From contig JAWXBD010000173.1 of assembly GCA_034439815.1 (NCBI GenBank), positions 1,874 through 65,873 on the forward strand: a stretch of DNA of 64,000 nucleotides. The letters are read 5' to 3'. This DNA is from Phycisphaerae bacterium (GTDB lineage: Bacteria > Planctomycetota > Phycisphaerae > Phycisphaerales > SM1A02). Below, piece after piece: positions 30,542 through 39,293 of this stretch. Position 1 is the stretch's first letter. Each line of letters begins with the position of its first letter. Both the position numbers and the translations under genes were made by a program. The notes below the pieces were generated by a model. It saw nothing but the letters and a program-made list of their open reading frames with translations, made no database searches and was not told the DNA's origin.

Positions 30542-31581
30542 GGTTTCACCGGCAGTGCTGGTAGGACGAAGAGTTCGGTGCGTTTCGTGGCATCGGCGTC
30601 ATCCGAGGTAATCGTTCCGGTCAGCGCAGGCAGATGCGTGGACGACGAACTCGATGTGGGCAGCGTGACCGTGCCGAACATCTGGTAATTCAAGCTGCCG
30701 CTTGCGGGAAGCCATGTCACCAGAAGACCCGTGTAGATCGAGTCGTTGGGCGGCAGCTCCATTGAATGAATTTGCTCGACGTGCGCGGCGCCAAGGAGAC
30801 TGGGGCTGCTGAAGACGACCGCGACCTCCGTAGCGCCCGCGGGCATGGTCGTTGCCGGAAACGGCACGACCACCCAGGACATGCTGCCCGGGAGACTGAC
30901 CGTCGCAAGTGTGACGGTGGCGAGAACCGTGGCCGTCGGAAGCCCGCCGCTCACCGTGCGGAGCTGCACCGTGGTGGTGCCGCCGCCATCGCTGCCGCGC
31001 GACATGCGGACGAGAAAACCGAGGATCGTCCATCGCTTTGTTGATGTCGGCAGCACCGGGCGCGTGACGAGTGCGACGCCACCTGTGGCCATGACAGTGA
31101 CCTTGGCCGTGGCACCGGTCGGCTCCGGCGTTCCGCCCAGCATGAACGCGGTGGGCACAGCCTGGATCGTCGGCGTCGAAGCGTGTGACCGCTCGACCAG
31201 TCCGAACTCCAGACTGTCAACGGATGAAACCATTGTCGCTGTGCCCGAAGCGTCCGTGCGCGTCAGGGGATCGCCTCCGCCGCCTCCCCAGGCATACGTC
31301 GCCGATTCCGCGCTGCCATCCGCGTCGCGGTCAGGCAGCTCGATCGCCAGCGAGGTCGCAGTCTGCGCGGTGACGGCAACTGCTTCAGACAGCTCGCGGC
31401 GCATCAGCGTCAGTCCCTCGCTGAGATCGCGGTCGCCGCCGCCACGCTCGATCAGTGCCATTGCGCGCTGGGTCTGCATGAAGACGGACAGTGCGGCCGC
31501 TGACAAAGTGACCATCAAGCCGGCCGCAATGACGACTTCGACGAGCGTGGTGCCGCGATGGCGCGGGAGGCTCAGTTCCAT
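30538..31581 (-). CDS. minor pseudopilin (GspJ/PilW-like) with a prepilin-type N-terminus
   Basis: 347 aa. ...PRHRG followed by TTLVEVVIAAGLMVTLSAAAL, with Glu at +5. Confidence 0.7.
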   Translation of the reverse strand: MELSLPRHRGTTLVEVVIAAGLMVTLSAAALSVFMQTQRAMALIERGGGDRDLSEGLTLMRRELSEAVAVTAQTATSLAIELPDRDADGSAESATYAWGGGGGDPLTRTDASGTATMVSSVDSLEFGLVERSHASTPTIQAVPTAFMLGGTPEPTGATAKVTVMATGGVALVTRPVLPTSTKRWTILGFLVRMSRGSDGGGTTTVQLRTVSGGLPTATVLATVTLATVSLPGSMSWVVVPFPATTMPAGATEVAVVFSSPSLLGAAHVEQIHSMELPPNDSIYTGLLVTWLPASGSLNYQMFGTVTLPTSSSSSTHLPALTGTITSDDADATKRTELFVLPALPVKP

Positions 31582-32039
31582 CGCGCGACTCCCGAACGTT
31601 CGAGCAGAATCGCCCGTTCATGATCACCGCGCTTCAGGACCAGCTTGCCCGTGTCGTTTGCGAGGCCGTATCCGTCAAACATGACGGTTTCGTCGTCAAA
31701 GCCGACTTCCTTGAACGTGACCCGGTACGGGCTTGCCTCCAGATCGAACGTGCCGGATGACCAGCTGGTGCCCGCGCCTGCAAGACCCTTGACTTCCACG
31801 GTTCCGCCGTTCAGTTCGAACACGACCGTCGCCGGCTTTCCCGTCATGACGGCGCGGTCGCGAATCGAACCCAGTTCGTGCATCAGCCGCCGCGCCGCGG
31901 CGTCGACGCATGCCCGATCGGACAGTCGTCCGAATCGCGGCACCGCTATCCCTGCCAGCAACGCGACGATGGCCAGCGTCATCAGCACTTCGAAGAGTGA
32001 TGTGCCGAGTCGGCGTGCGCGATGACTGGCGAGCGACAT
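31572..32039 (-). CDS. minor pseudopilin (GspH/FimT-like) with a prepilin-type N-terminus
   Basis: 155 aa. ...ARRLG followed by TSLFEVLMTLAIVALLAGIAVPRF, then a GspH-like beta domain. Confidence 0.75.
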   Translation of the reverse strand: MSLASHRARRLGTSLFEVLMTLAIVALLAGIAVPRFGRLSDRACVDAAARRLMHELGSIRDRAVMTGKPATVVFELNGGTVEVKGLAGAGTSWSSGTFDLEASPYRVTFKEVGFDDETVMFDGYGLANDTGKLVLKRGDHERAILLERSGVARWN

Positions 32040-32254
32040 GCGAGGTGCATCGGCTTCGGGTGCCTGCGGATTGAGGCGAACTGCGGAAACTTTCGGTGCA
32101 TGTGCCTTTATCGGTCGACAGCCGTCCCCGCGTTCTCGTCCCGTTGCGACATTGCGTTCGAGCGCGGTCCGCCCGTGGTCGATGACACTGCGGAGTCTCG
32201 ACCGTTGTCGAAGACGTCGTCCGCGAAGGTCGCGAAAGCATTGAGTGCAATCTG

Positions 32255-32722
32255 ATGGCGAACACGTTCAATCCGAGCCGCATGGACATTGCTTCCGGCT
32301 CGCCGCCGCGCGCCGCGCCGGTCATCGTCATCGCCGACGATGAGCCCGCGATCCGCCTCGTCATCGCCCGCAAGCTGCAGCAGGTCGGATGGACCGTCGT
32401 GCCCGTGGCGAACGGTGAAGACGCTGTTCGCGAAGCAACCGCTCATCAACCGCAGCTGGTGATCACCGATCTTCAGATGCCCCGGATGGACGGATTGTGC
32501 ATGGCACGTCAGCTCTTCAGCAATCCCGCGACGGGTCACATTCCGCTCATTCTGCTTTCTGCGCGCGGTCACCGAATCTCGACGCACGACCTCACCAACA
32601 CGAACGTGCAGCACGTGATGCTGAAGCCGTTCAGCATGCGGCAGATTCTCGCCATTGCGCAGGACTATTGGGATTTCACAACGGGAGACGGCGCCGCGTC
32701 CCCGAATGCTCAGGCTGCTTGA
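32255..32722 (+). CDS. single-domain response regulator (CheY-like receiver)
   Basis: 155 aa. VIVIADDEPAIR, phospho-acceptor context VITDLQMPRMDG, conserved LKPF. Transcribed divergently from the pseudopilin operon. Confidence 0.9.
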   Translation: MANTFNPSRMDIASGSPPRAAPVIVIADDEPAIRLVIARKLQQVGWTVVPVANGEDAVREATAHQPQLVITDLQMPRMDGLCMARQLFSNPATGHIPLILLSARGHRISTHDLTNTNVQHVMLKPFSMRQILAIAQDYWDFTTGDGAASPNAQAA

Positions 32723-32782
32723 CGTCGACGGCCACGAATCGCGACAGCCTCCCATACGACCGCTTCTGGAAACACGCGAGCC

Positions 32783-34243
32783 ATGCAAGGCACATACCAG
32801 GAAACATCCGACTCTTCCGCGGCATCCGCTGCGTTGACCCTGCTCAACGAAGTGTGCGAGCGCGGTGCAGAGCTTGGCCTGACGTGGAATGACTGCATAT
32901 CGACCGACGGAGCGGACGGAGTGCACACTCGATGTGCAACCGACAGCGCAGGCGCGGTCCCGCGACAGTTCTCGATTCACTGGCAAGGGCTCGAACGCCG
33001 CACGGTTCATCATTGTGATGAGCGCGAAGCGGAGCTGATCACGACCGCGCTCCGCTGGTCGCTTGAGAAGATCGCCGGCGATCAGGAGCACGAACTGGTC
33101 GTTGCCGACTTTTGCGAAAAGCTGTCACAGGCATACGAAGAGACCTACTCGCTCTTCCGCGCCATGCGCATGCTCGCCACCAGCGACAATGCCGAATCAC
33201 TCATCCAATCGGTGTGCGCCGACATACAGTCAACGCTGCCGTTCGACTGGCTTGCAGTGCAGTTCTCTGCGAGTTCGCGCGTCGTCGGATCCCTGCGCGG
33301 AAAGCTCGTGCTGGTGGGCAAGACGCCCGTGCCGCCAGAAGCGCTGGCTGAGCTCGCATTCTCGCGCGTCGCCACAGTCAAGGGTGACAGCTGGACGAAG
33401 GTGCTCGATCCTGCGCGCGATGTGTTCGCGGAATCCCTCGGCTCCGAAGTGGTCGTTGAACCCATCACCCATGACGACACGGTGATCGGCGTGCTGCTGG
33501 CCGGCGGCAAGCATGGCAGCGATCCCGAAGTCGCGAGTCCCGAGATCCAGTTCCTCGACGCGGCGGCCGACTTCCTTGGCACGTTTCATGAGAACATCGC
33601 CCGTCTCGACGAGCAGCGCGAAATGATGCTGGGAACGCTGCACGCGCTCGTCGCAGCCATCGACGCGAAGGACCGTTACACATGCGGTCACTCGGAGCGT
33701 GTCGCCGCCATCGCCGCGATGATCGCCGAGTCGATGGGCATGGGCGAACGCGAGGTCGAACGCGTCCGGCTGTCCGGACTCGTGCATGACGTCGGCAAGA
33801 TCGGCGTTCCCGAAGCAATCCTCTGCAAGCCGGGACGGCTCACCGAAGAGGAGTTCGCCGCGATCCAGCGCCATCCCACGATCGGCCACTGCATCCTGCA
33901 GGGTGTCCTCGGCTTCACGGACCTCCTGCCCGGCGTGCTGCATCACCATGAACGGTGGGACGGCAAGGGATATCCGCACAAACTCGCGGGCGAAGCCATT
34001 CCGCTGATGGCCCGCATCATCGGCCTTGCCGATGCATTCGACGCGATGTCCTCGACACGCTCCTATCGCTCAGCGCTGCCGCGCGAACGCGTCCTCGAAG
34101 AGATCCGCAAGGGCGCCGGCTCGCAGTTCGATCCGCGCGTGGTCAACGCATTCCAGCGCGTGAATCTCGCCGCGTACGAGGCGCTGCTCGCGCGCCATGC
34201 CGGGGCGTCCGACTGGATTGATCCGATCCGCGCTGCAGCGTGA
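32783..34243 (+). CDS. GAF-domain HD-GYP phosphodiesterase (c-di-GMP hydrolase family)
   Basis: 486 aa. HSERVAAIAAMIA, LVHDVGKIGVPEAIL, HHERWDGKGYPHKL (HD and GYP motifs), GLADAFDAMSSTRSYR. Confidence 0.9.
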   Translation: MQGTYQETSDSSAASAALTLLNEVCERGAELGLTWNDCISTDGADGVHTRCATDSAGAVPRQFSIHWQGLERRTVHHCDEREAELITTALRWSLEKIAGDQEHELVVADFCEKLSQAYEETYSLFRAMRMLATSDNAESLIQSVCADIQSTLPFDWLAVQFSASSRVVGSLRGKLVLVGKTPVPPEALAELAFSRVATVKGDSWTKVLDPARDVFAESLGSEVVVEPITHDDTVIGVLLAGGKHGSDPEVASPEIQFLDAAADFLGTFHENIARLDEQREMMLGTLHALVAAIDAKDRYTCGHSERVAAIAAMIAESMGMGEREVERVRLSGLVHDVGKIGVPEAILCKPGRLTEEEFAAIQRHPTIGHCILQGVLGFTDLLPGVLHHHERWDGKGYPHKLAGEAIPLMARIIGLADAFDAMSSTRSYRSALPRERVLEEIRKGAGSQFDPRVVNAFQRVNLAAYEALLARHAGASDWIDPIRAAA

Positions 34244-34277
34244 GAACTGAACCCCGCGCTCGACGCTCGCATCGCCC

Positions 34278-35021
34278 CTACTTCCCTTCCCGCTGACCGT
34301 CGTACCACAGCTCCAGCCCCTCGCGCCGCTTCCAGGCTTCCGGTCCGCGCAGCAGCAGTTTGAGCGAGTAGAACAGCAGCGCGAACGGCTTGTGCATGCG
34401 CAGCTTGCGGCCGCTGGAGACGACCGCCGGCTCGACGAGGCCGAACCGCCCGCGCCCCATCAGCGCTTTGCTCAGCCAGACTTCTTCGCTCGCGTAGAAG
34501 CTTTCGTCGAAACCGCCAACTGCGTCGAAGTCGGATTTTCGGCACCAGACGAAACATCCCGCCGCGTAGCCGAGGTGACGCCACACCATCGTGAAAATCA
34601 TGAACGATGGTTTGATGATCCACGGCATCGGGCCTTCCAGCAGGACGAGCGCCCCGCCGCCGACCGCGCCGGCATCGAGTTCGCGCACTGCGGCGGCGAG
34701 CGTTGCATCGGCGACGCGCGTGTCGGCGTCGACGAAGACGAGATACCTCCCGCGCGCGACTCTCGCACCCGCGTTGCGGACTGCGGCGATCTGCCGCTTC
34801 TGGACGTGTTCGACGTGCGCGCCGAAGCGCTGCGCTAGCTCGGCTGTGCGATCCGTCGAGGCATCGTCGACCACAATCAGCTCATGACTGCGTCCGAGCG
34901 CAGCGAGCGCCTCGCGCAGGCGCTCGAGCGTCGCAGGCAGTTCGTGCTCTTCGTTCCATGCGGGAACGATGACGGAAATATCCAGTGCATCGTCCGCTCG
35001 ACCGGTCATGAGCGGAGCCAC
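34278..35021 (-). CDS. family 2 glycosyltransferase
   Basis: 247 aa. ISVIVPAWNEEHELPATLERL, LIVVDDASTDRTAE, FVDADT (DxD). Confidence 0.85.
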   Translation of the reverse strand: MAPLMTGRADDALDISVIVPAWNEEHELPATLERLREALAALGRSHELIVVDDASTDRTAELAQRFGAHVEHVQKRQIAAVRNAGARVARGRYLVFVDADTRVADATLAAAVRELDAGAVGGGALVLLEGPMPWIIKPSFMIFTMVWRHLGYAAGCFVWCRKSDFDAVGGFDESFYASEEVWLSKALMGRGRFGLVEPAVVSSGRKLRMHKPFALLFYSLKLLLRGPEAWKRREGLELWYDGQREGK

Positions 35022-36517
35022 GCATCATCGATCCGCATGCCTGCCGGCAGCGGCGCCGCTTCGGACGACTCCACCATTGACGCGACCGGATAGGCGCAGT
35101 AGTCGACGCTGAAAGCACCAGCAGGCCGATGGTTCCCTGAGTGGCCGAGACCGCCGAACGGCAGCTTGGAACTGGCGCCGGCCGTGCCGTTGTTGTGATT
35201 GATGCAGCCGGAGCGGCAGCGCTCGAAGAAGTGCTCAAACTCGGCCGCGTCGTTCGTGAAGATGGACGCCGCGAGTCCGTAATCGCTCGCGTTCGCCTGC
35301 TCGATCGCCTGTTCGATGTCGTCGACAATGACGACACGCACGAACGGACCGAACACTTCGCGATCGGTCGATCGCTCGAATCGATCGACTTCGATCACCG
35401 ACGGGGTCACGAAGTATCCGGGACGGTCCATGCGGGTCGCGGCGACGAGCACCCGACCGCCCTGCGCAGCAACGAACGTCTGCTCGGCGAGCACTGCCTG
35501 CGCGGACGCCTCGTTCACGATCGGTCCCATGAACACCGGATCAGTCGAGAACCCGGGTCCGACGAGCAGCGTGCTCGCCACCTTGCAGAACGCCGACAGA
35601 AACTGGTCGGCAATCGCGCGGTCGAGAATGATTCGCCGCGTGCACGTGCAGCGCTGTCCGGTCGTCGCGAAGGCTGATCGCGCACACTCGATCACCGCCT
35701 GGCGGAGATGCGCGCTGCGCATGACCACCGCGGGGTTGCTGCCGCCGAGTTCCAGCGCCACGATGCGGCCCGGTCGATCGAGATTGGCCGCGAGAATCGC
35801 CCGGCCGACCGGCCAGCTGCCCGTGAACAGGATGCCGTCGATGTCCTCATGCCGCACGAGCGCCTGTGCGACATCGGCGGCGCCATGCACGACATTGAAG
35901 ACGCCCGCGGGAATGCCCGCTTCGTGCACGCACTCGGCCATGAGCTGCGCGACTCCCGGCGTCTTGTCGCTCGGCTTGAACACGACCGTGTTGCCCAGCA
36001 GCAGCGCAGGGAGAAAGTGGCCGTTCGGCAGATGCGCCGGAAAGTTGTACGGACCGATCACGGCCATGACGCCGTGCGGCTTGAAGCGGCAGCGGCCGGT
36101 GCGGCTTGTGTTCACCGGCACGTCGTAGCCGCGCACGCGCCCCATCGAGATGTCGTCGAGCGTGATGGCCAGCTTTTCTGCAAGGAGCTTTGCTTCCAGC
36201 AGCGACTCGCTCCGCACCTTGCCCATCTCGAGCGTAATGCGGTCGGCGATGCGGTCGACGTGCTTCGTCGTGGCGGCGGCATAACGCTGCAGAATCTCCA
36301 CGCGCTCAGTCAGCGGCCGCGCAGACCACGCAGGCAGCGCTGCGCGAGCGGCCGCGACTGCTTCGCCGACATGTGCCACGTGCGACGCGCTCGACCACAC
36401 CACCATGCAGCCGTCGCTCGGATCGCGCACCATGATGGCGTCGCCGGCGATCGAGCGAAAGGCGCCGTCGATGTAGTCACTCGGGCCATGCTGCAGCTGG
36501 CCGCGCTGCGCGGTCAT
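35006..36517 (-). CDS. astD: N-succinylglutamate 5-semialdehyde dehydrogenase (aldehyde dehydrogenase family)
   Basis: 503 aa. Recalled similarity to E. coli AstD: [79 protein letters not shown]. Confidence 0.85.
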   Translation of the reverse strand: [503 protein letters not shown]

Positions 36518-37602
36518 GAGGTGCGGGCCTTCTTGCGCGATGGCTTCTTCGTCACCGCGTCTGCTGGCGGAACACCGGCGGGCTGGGTGAACCCGATCTT
36601 GCCGCCGACCTTGGCGCCGAGCGCCTCAATCGCTTCCGCTGCAAGCAGCACCGTGTCGCCATCGAGCGCATACGGCGCCCGCAGCGCGCGGAAGTCGTCC
36701 TTCGGTTCGAATGAGACGATGGCCATGCCGGTGGGCTTCGTCGTGGCGCCGCCAAGCGTCTTCAGCGATGTCGCCTGCACGAGCGGGATGCTGTCGCGGT
36801 CCGCTTCGACGTACGGTCCGCCGTCGAACGGATCGACGTGGCCTGTGTCGCGAAACCCTTGCTTCTGCAGCAGCGCGAGCGCCGGCTCCGTCTCCTCGCC
36901 CACACGTCCGATCAGATTGCGCGCTTCAGGCGGGAGCAGCGACGCGAAGATCTCTTCGCGCGGAAAGAGGCTCACCATGAACTCTTTCGAGCGGGCGGAA
37001 AAGAGATCCGCCTCCTTGTAGCTCAGGTTGATGAATCGGCGGCCGAGATACTCCCACAGGAGTGTGTGCGAATCGGGTGTGACCGCGCCCATCATTTCAG
37101 CGATCACGCGCTTCGCAAACCATGCGCGATGCAGACCGATGAAGTGAAAGCGCACAGTCGACAGCAGAGCGCCGAGCTTCTCCTTGTGGCCGCGATATCC
37201 GGGCGCGAGGATCAGCCCGCCCATTTCGCTCGGACCGCTTTCGTCGGTGCCGAACTGCAGCGTCGTGTGCACCTGTCCTGTCGCGAGATCCTTGCTCACG
37301 AACTCGCGCCGTCCGCGCTTCAGAAAGACGTGTGGAAAGCCGGGCCACGAGATACACGAAATGACCGCCGACGTGCCGACGACGTTTTCCGTCTCCGTGT
37401 CCTCGAGCACGAACATGAACTGCCGCTCGCGCTCGGACTTCGCCTTGCTCGCGAACGAACTGAGACTCTTGCGCACCTTCGACGTGAGCAGATCGTTGTC
37501 AGCCGGCAGATTGATGAAGTGAACCATCCGCGCGAGCTTCAGGAGCGTCGGAAGATCCTTGGGCTGCGCCGGTCTGATGATGAACATGGAAGAAATCCCC
37601 AC
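36514..37602 (-). CDS. astA: arginine N-succinyltransferase
   Basis: 362 aa. FIIRPAQPKDL, FMFVLEDTETENVVGTSAV, SEMGGLILAPGYR, VIAEMMG, LWEYLGRRFINLSYKEAD, DPFDGGPYVEA; collinear with recalled E. coli AstA. ATGA overlap with astD. Confidence 0.85.
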   Translation of the reverse strand: MGISSMFIIRPAQPKDLPTLLKLARMVHFINLPADNDLLTSKVRKSLSSFASKAKSERERQFMFVLEDTETENVVGTSAVISCISWPGFPHVFLKRGRREFVSKDLATGQVHTTLQFGTDESGPSEMGGLILAPGYRGHKEKLGALLSTVRFHFIGLHRAWFAKRVIAEMMGAVTPDSHTLLWEYLGRRFINLSYKEADLFSARSKEFMVSLFPREEIFASLLPPEARNLIGRVGEETEPALALLQKQGFRDTGHVDPFDGGPYVEADRDSIPLVQATSLKTLGGATTKPTGMAIVSFEPKDDFRALRAPYALDGDTVLLAAEAIEALGAKVGGKIGFTQPAGVPPADAVTKKPSRKKARTS

Positions 37603-37605
37603 CGA

Positions 37606-39054
37606 TCATTTGGCGGGCTGCGACACAGCCGCGAAGGACGATTCCATGATCTCGAAGACCGGTCCGAAGTGCTCGGGCTTCATGACGCCGATCGGCGGCA
37701 GGAACCGCAGGTGATACGGCTGGTGGCCGCAGTAGAACGCGATGATGCCGTCTGCGAAGAGGCGATGCAGCAGCGCCATGATGCGGTCCTTGTCACCGCC
37801 GAACGGTGTCATGCGCATCATGCCGCCCGTGCCCGCGACGAGATCCTTCATCGGCCCGCCGTTGGCGTTGCGCACGGGCAGGAACCACTCGGGGTGCTTC
37901 TTGACGAACGCGCCGGCGTGCTCGCGCCACGCTTTCTGAAGCCGTGCGATGCGGCCGTCTGCACCGTAGTAACCGCCGCTCTGCAGCTTCTTCAATCCGG
38001 CAAGGCCGACGCCGATCGCCGAACTGCTCGCCTGGAACGTGCCGCTCAGCAGTCCCGGCTTGGGATTCATGTCGTGCGTGTAGAGCACAGCGCATGCCTG
38101 ACTCATCTTGCCAAGCGTGACGACATCGATGTGCCCGCCAAGTGCAAGCTGCTCGAAGCAGTACATGGTCTTCGTGCGGCCAAACGTCTGCACCTCGTCA
38201 TCCCACACCGGGATGCCGTTGGAGCGGCAGAGCTCCATGAGCGGAAGGAAAAACTCGCGCGGGGCGACGTTGAAGCCGCCTTCGCCCTGCACCAGTTCCA
38301 TGACGAAGCACGAGTGCTGTCGGGGGTATCGGTGAATGCACTGCTGCAACTGGCGCACGGCCGCATCGATCGAGCTCTGCCCTGCATCCGCGTCGTAGAA
38401 CGGCAGGTAGTCGACCTGCACATTGAGCGGCACGCCGACCCGATACGCCGGACCGTCACCGATCTGCGCCATCGTCGTCGACCGGCCCATGAAGCAATCT
38501 TGAAACGCAATGATGCGCGGTGCGGCGCCGGTCTTCTGCTGACAGATCTTGAGCGCCTGCTCGTTCGCCATGCAGCCCGAGTTCGTGACGAAGCAGTACT
38601 TGAGCTTTGAACTCCGCATCGCCTCGGCGACGAGGAACTCGGCGAACTCGATCGAGTCGGCGTTGAACTGGAGGTTGCCCTGCATCACCGTGTCGGTGAG
38701 TGCGGAGCGGATATTCGCTTCCATTATCTCGGGGTCACTGTGGCCGAACATGTGGACGCCGATTCCGCTGATGAGGTCCCACTTGACGCTCCCGTCAACG
38801 AGTTCGACCAGCGGACCGTGACCCAATCCGCTGCCCACGTAGGGGAACAGCGCGGGACGCCCCTTCACCTCGGCACTCCGCTTCAACCAGGCGTCGAGCG
38901 TGACTTTGTGCTCGGCGGAGGCCGGGCGGGCGCCCGTGATTTCGCTCTGCCGCTCCCGCACTTCCCGGAGGATGGTGTGGATCGCCGCCTGCACGGCGAC
39001 ACTCGACGAGAAGAGCGACGCTTGGGTGGGCGAGTCGGTCGCGGTGGCTGGCAT
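37606..39054 (-). CDS. class III pyridoxal-phosphate-dependent aminotransferase (AstC/LAT-like)
   Basis: I prefer the ATG at 39054 (MPATATDS...) over the tracked TTG at 39069. Class III fold pattern (FVTNSGCMANEQALK, DEVQTFGRT, TLGKMSQ with the putative PLP lysine). The stop is 3 nt before the astA start. Confidence 0.85.
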   Translation of the reverse strand: MPATATDSPTQASLFSSSVAVQAAIHTILREVRERQSEITGARPASAEHKVTLDAWLKRSAEVKGRPALFPYVGSGLGHGPLVELVDGSVKWDLISGIGVHMFGHSDPEIMEANIRSALTDTVMQGNLQFNADSIEFAEFLVAEAMRSSKLKYCFVTNSGCMANEQALKICQQKTGAAPRIIAFQDCFMGRSTTMAQIGDGPAYRVGVPLNVQVDYLPFYDADAGQSSIDAAVRQLQQCIHRYPRQHSCFVMELVQGEGGFNVAPREFFLPLMELCRSNGIPVWDDEVQTFGRTKTMYCFEQLALGGHIDVVTLGKMSQACAVLYTHDMNPKPGLLSGTFQASSSAIGVGLAGLKKLQSGGYYGADGRIARLQKAWREHAGAFVKKHPEWFLPVRNANGGPMKDLVAGTGGMMRMTPFGGDKDRIMALLHRLFADGIIAFYCGHQPYHLRFLPPIGVMKPEHFGPVFEIMESSFAAVSQPAK

Positions 39055-39069
39055 GGGCGGACCTTGCAA

Positions 39070-39134
39070 GTTCAGTTCAGTTCAGTTCAGGTCAGGTCAG
39101 TTCAGTTCAATGCAATTCAATGCAATGCAATCCA
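39070..39134. repeat. pentanucleotide tandem array of about 13 units: (GTTCA)4 (GGTCA)2 (GTTCA)2 then ATGCA/ATTCA/ATCCA variants
   Basis: Direct reading of gttcagttcagttcagttcaggtcaggtcagttcagttcaatgcaattcaatgcaatgcaatccaat. It lies 16 nt upstream of the aminotransferase ATG, in the operon leader/promoter. Confidence 0.95.
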
Positions 39135-39293
39135 ATAGGAGCGATGGGACGGTGGACCGACGTGAATCCGAGCCAACCCTTCGTCCCGTGGACGATACCG
39201 GGAGGGCGCGCCGGACGCGACTTCGCAAAAAACATCGATGGCGTCGGCCGCGGGCGCCTCGGGGGACCCCACCATTTCTCCTCGTCCGCATGG

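Noticed and set aside
32108-33091. 327-aa minus-strand ORF spanning the response-regulator and HD-GYP region.
   Set aside because: It overlaps two + strand genes with unambiguous receiver and GAF/HD-GYP motifs. Its own sequence has no recognisable domain and has shadow-ORF composition.
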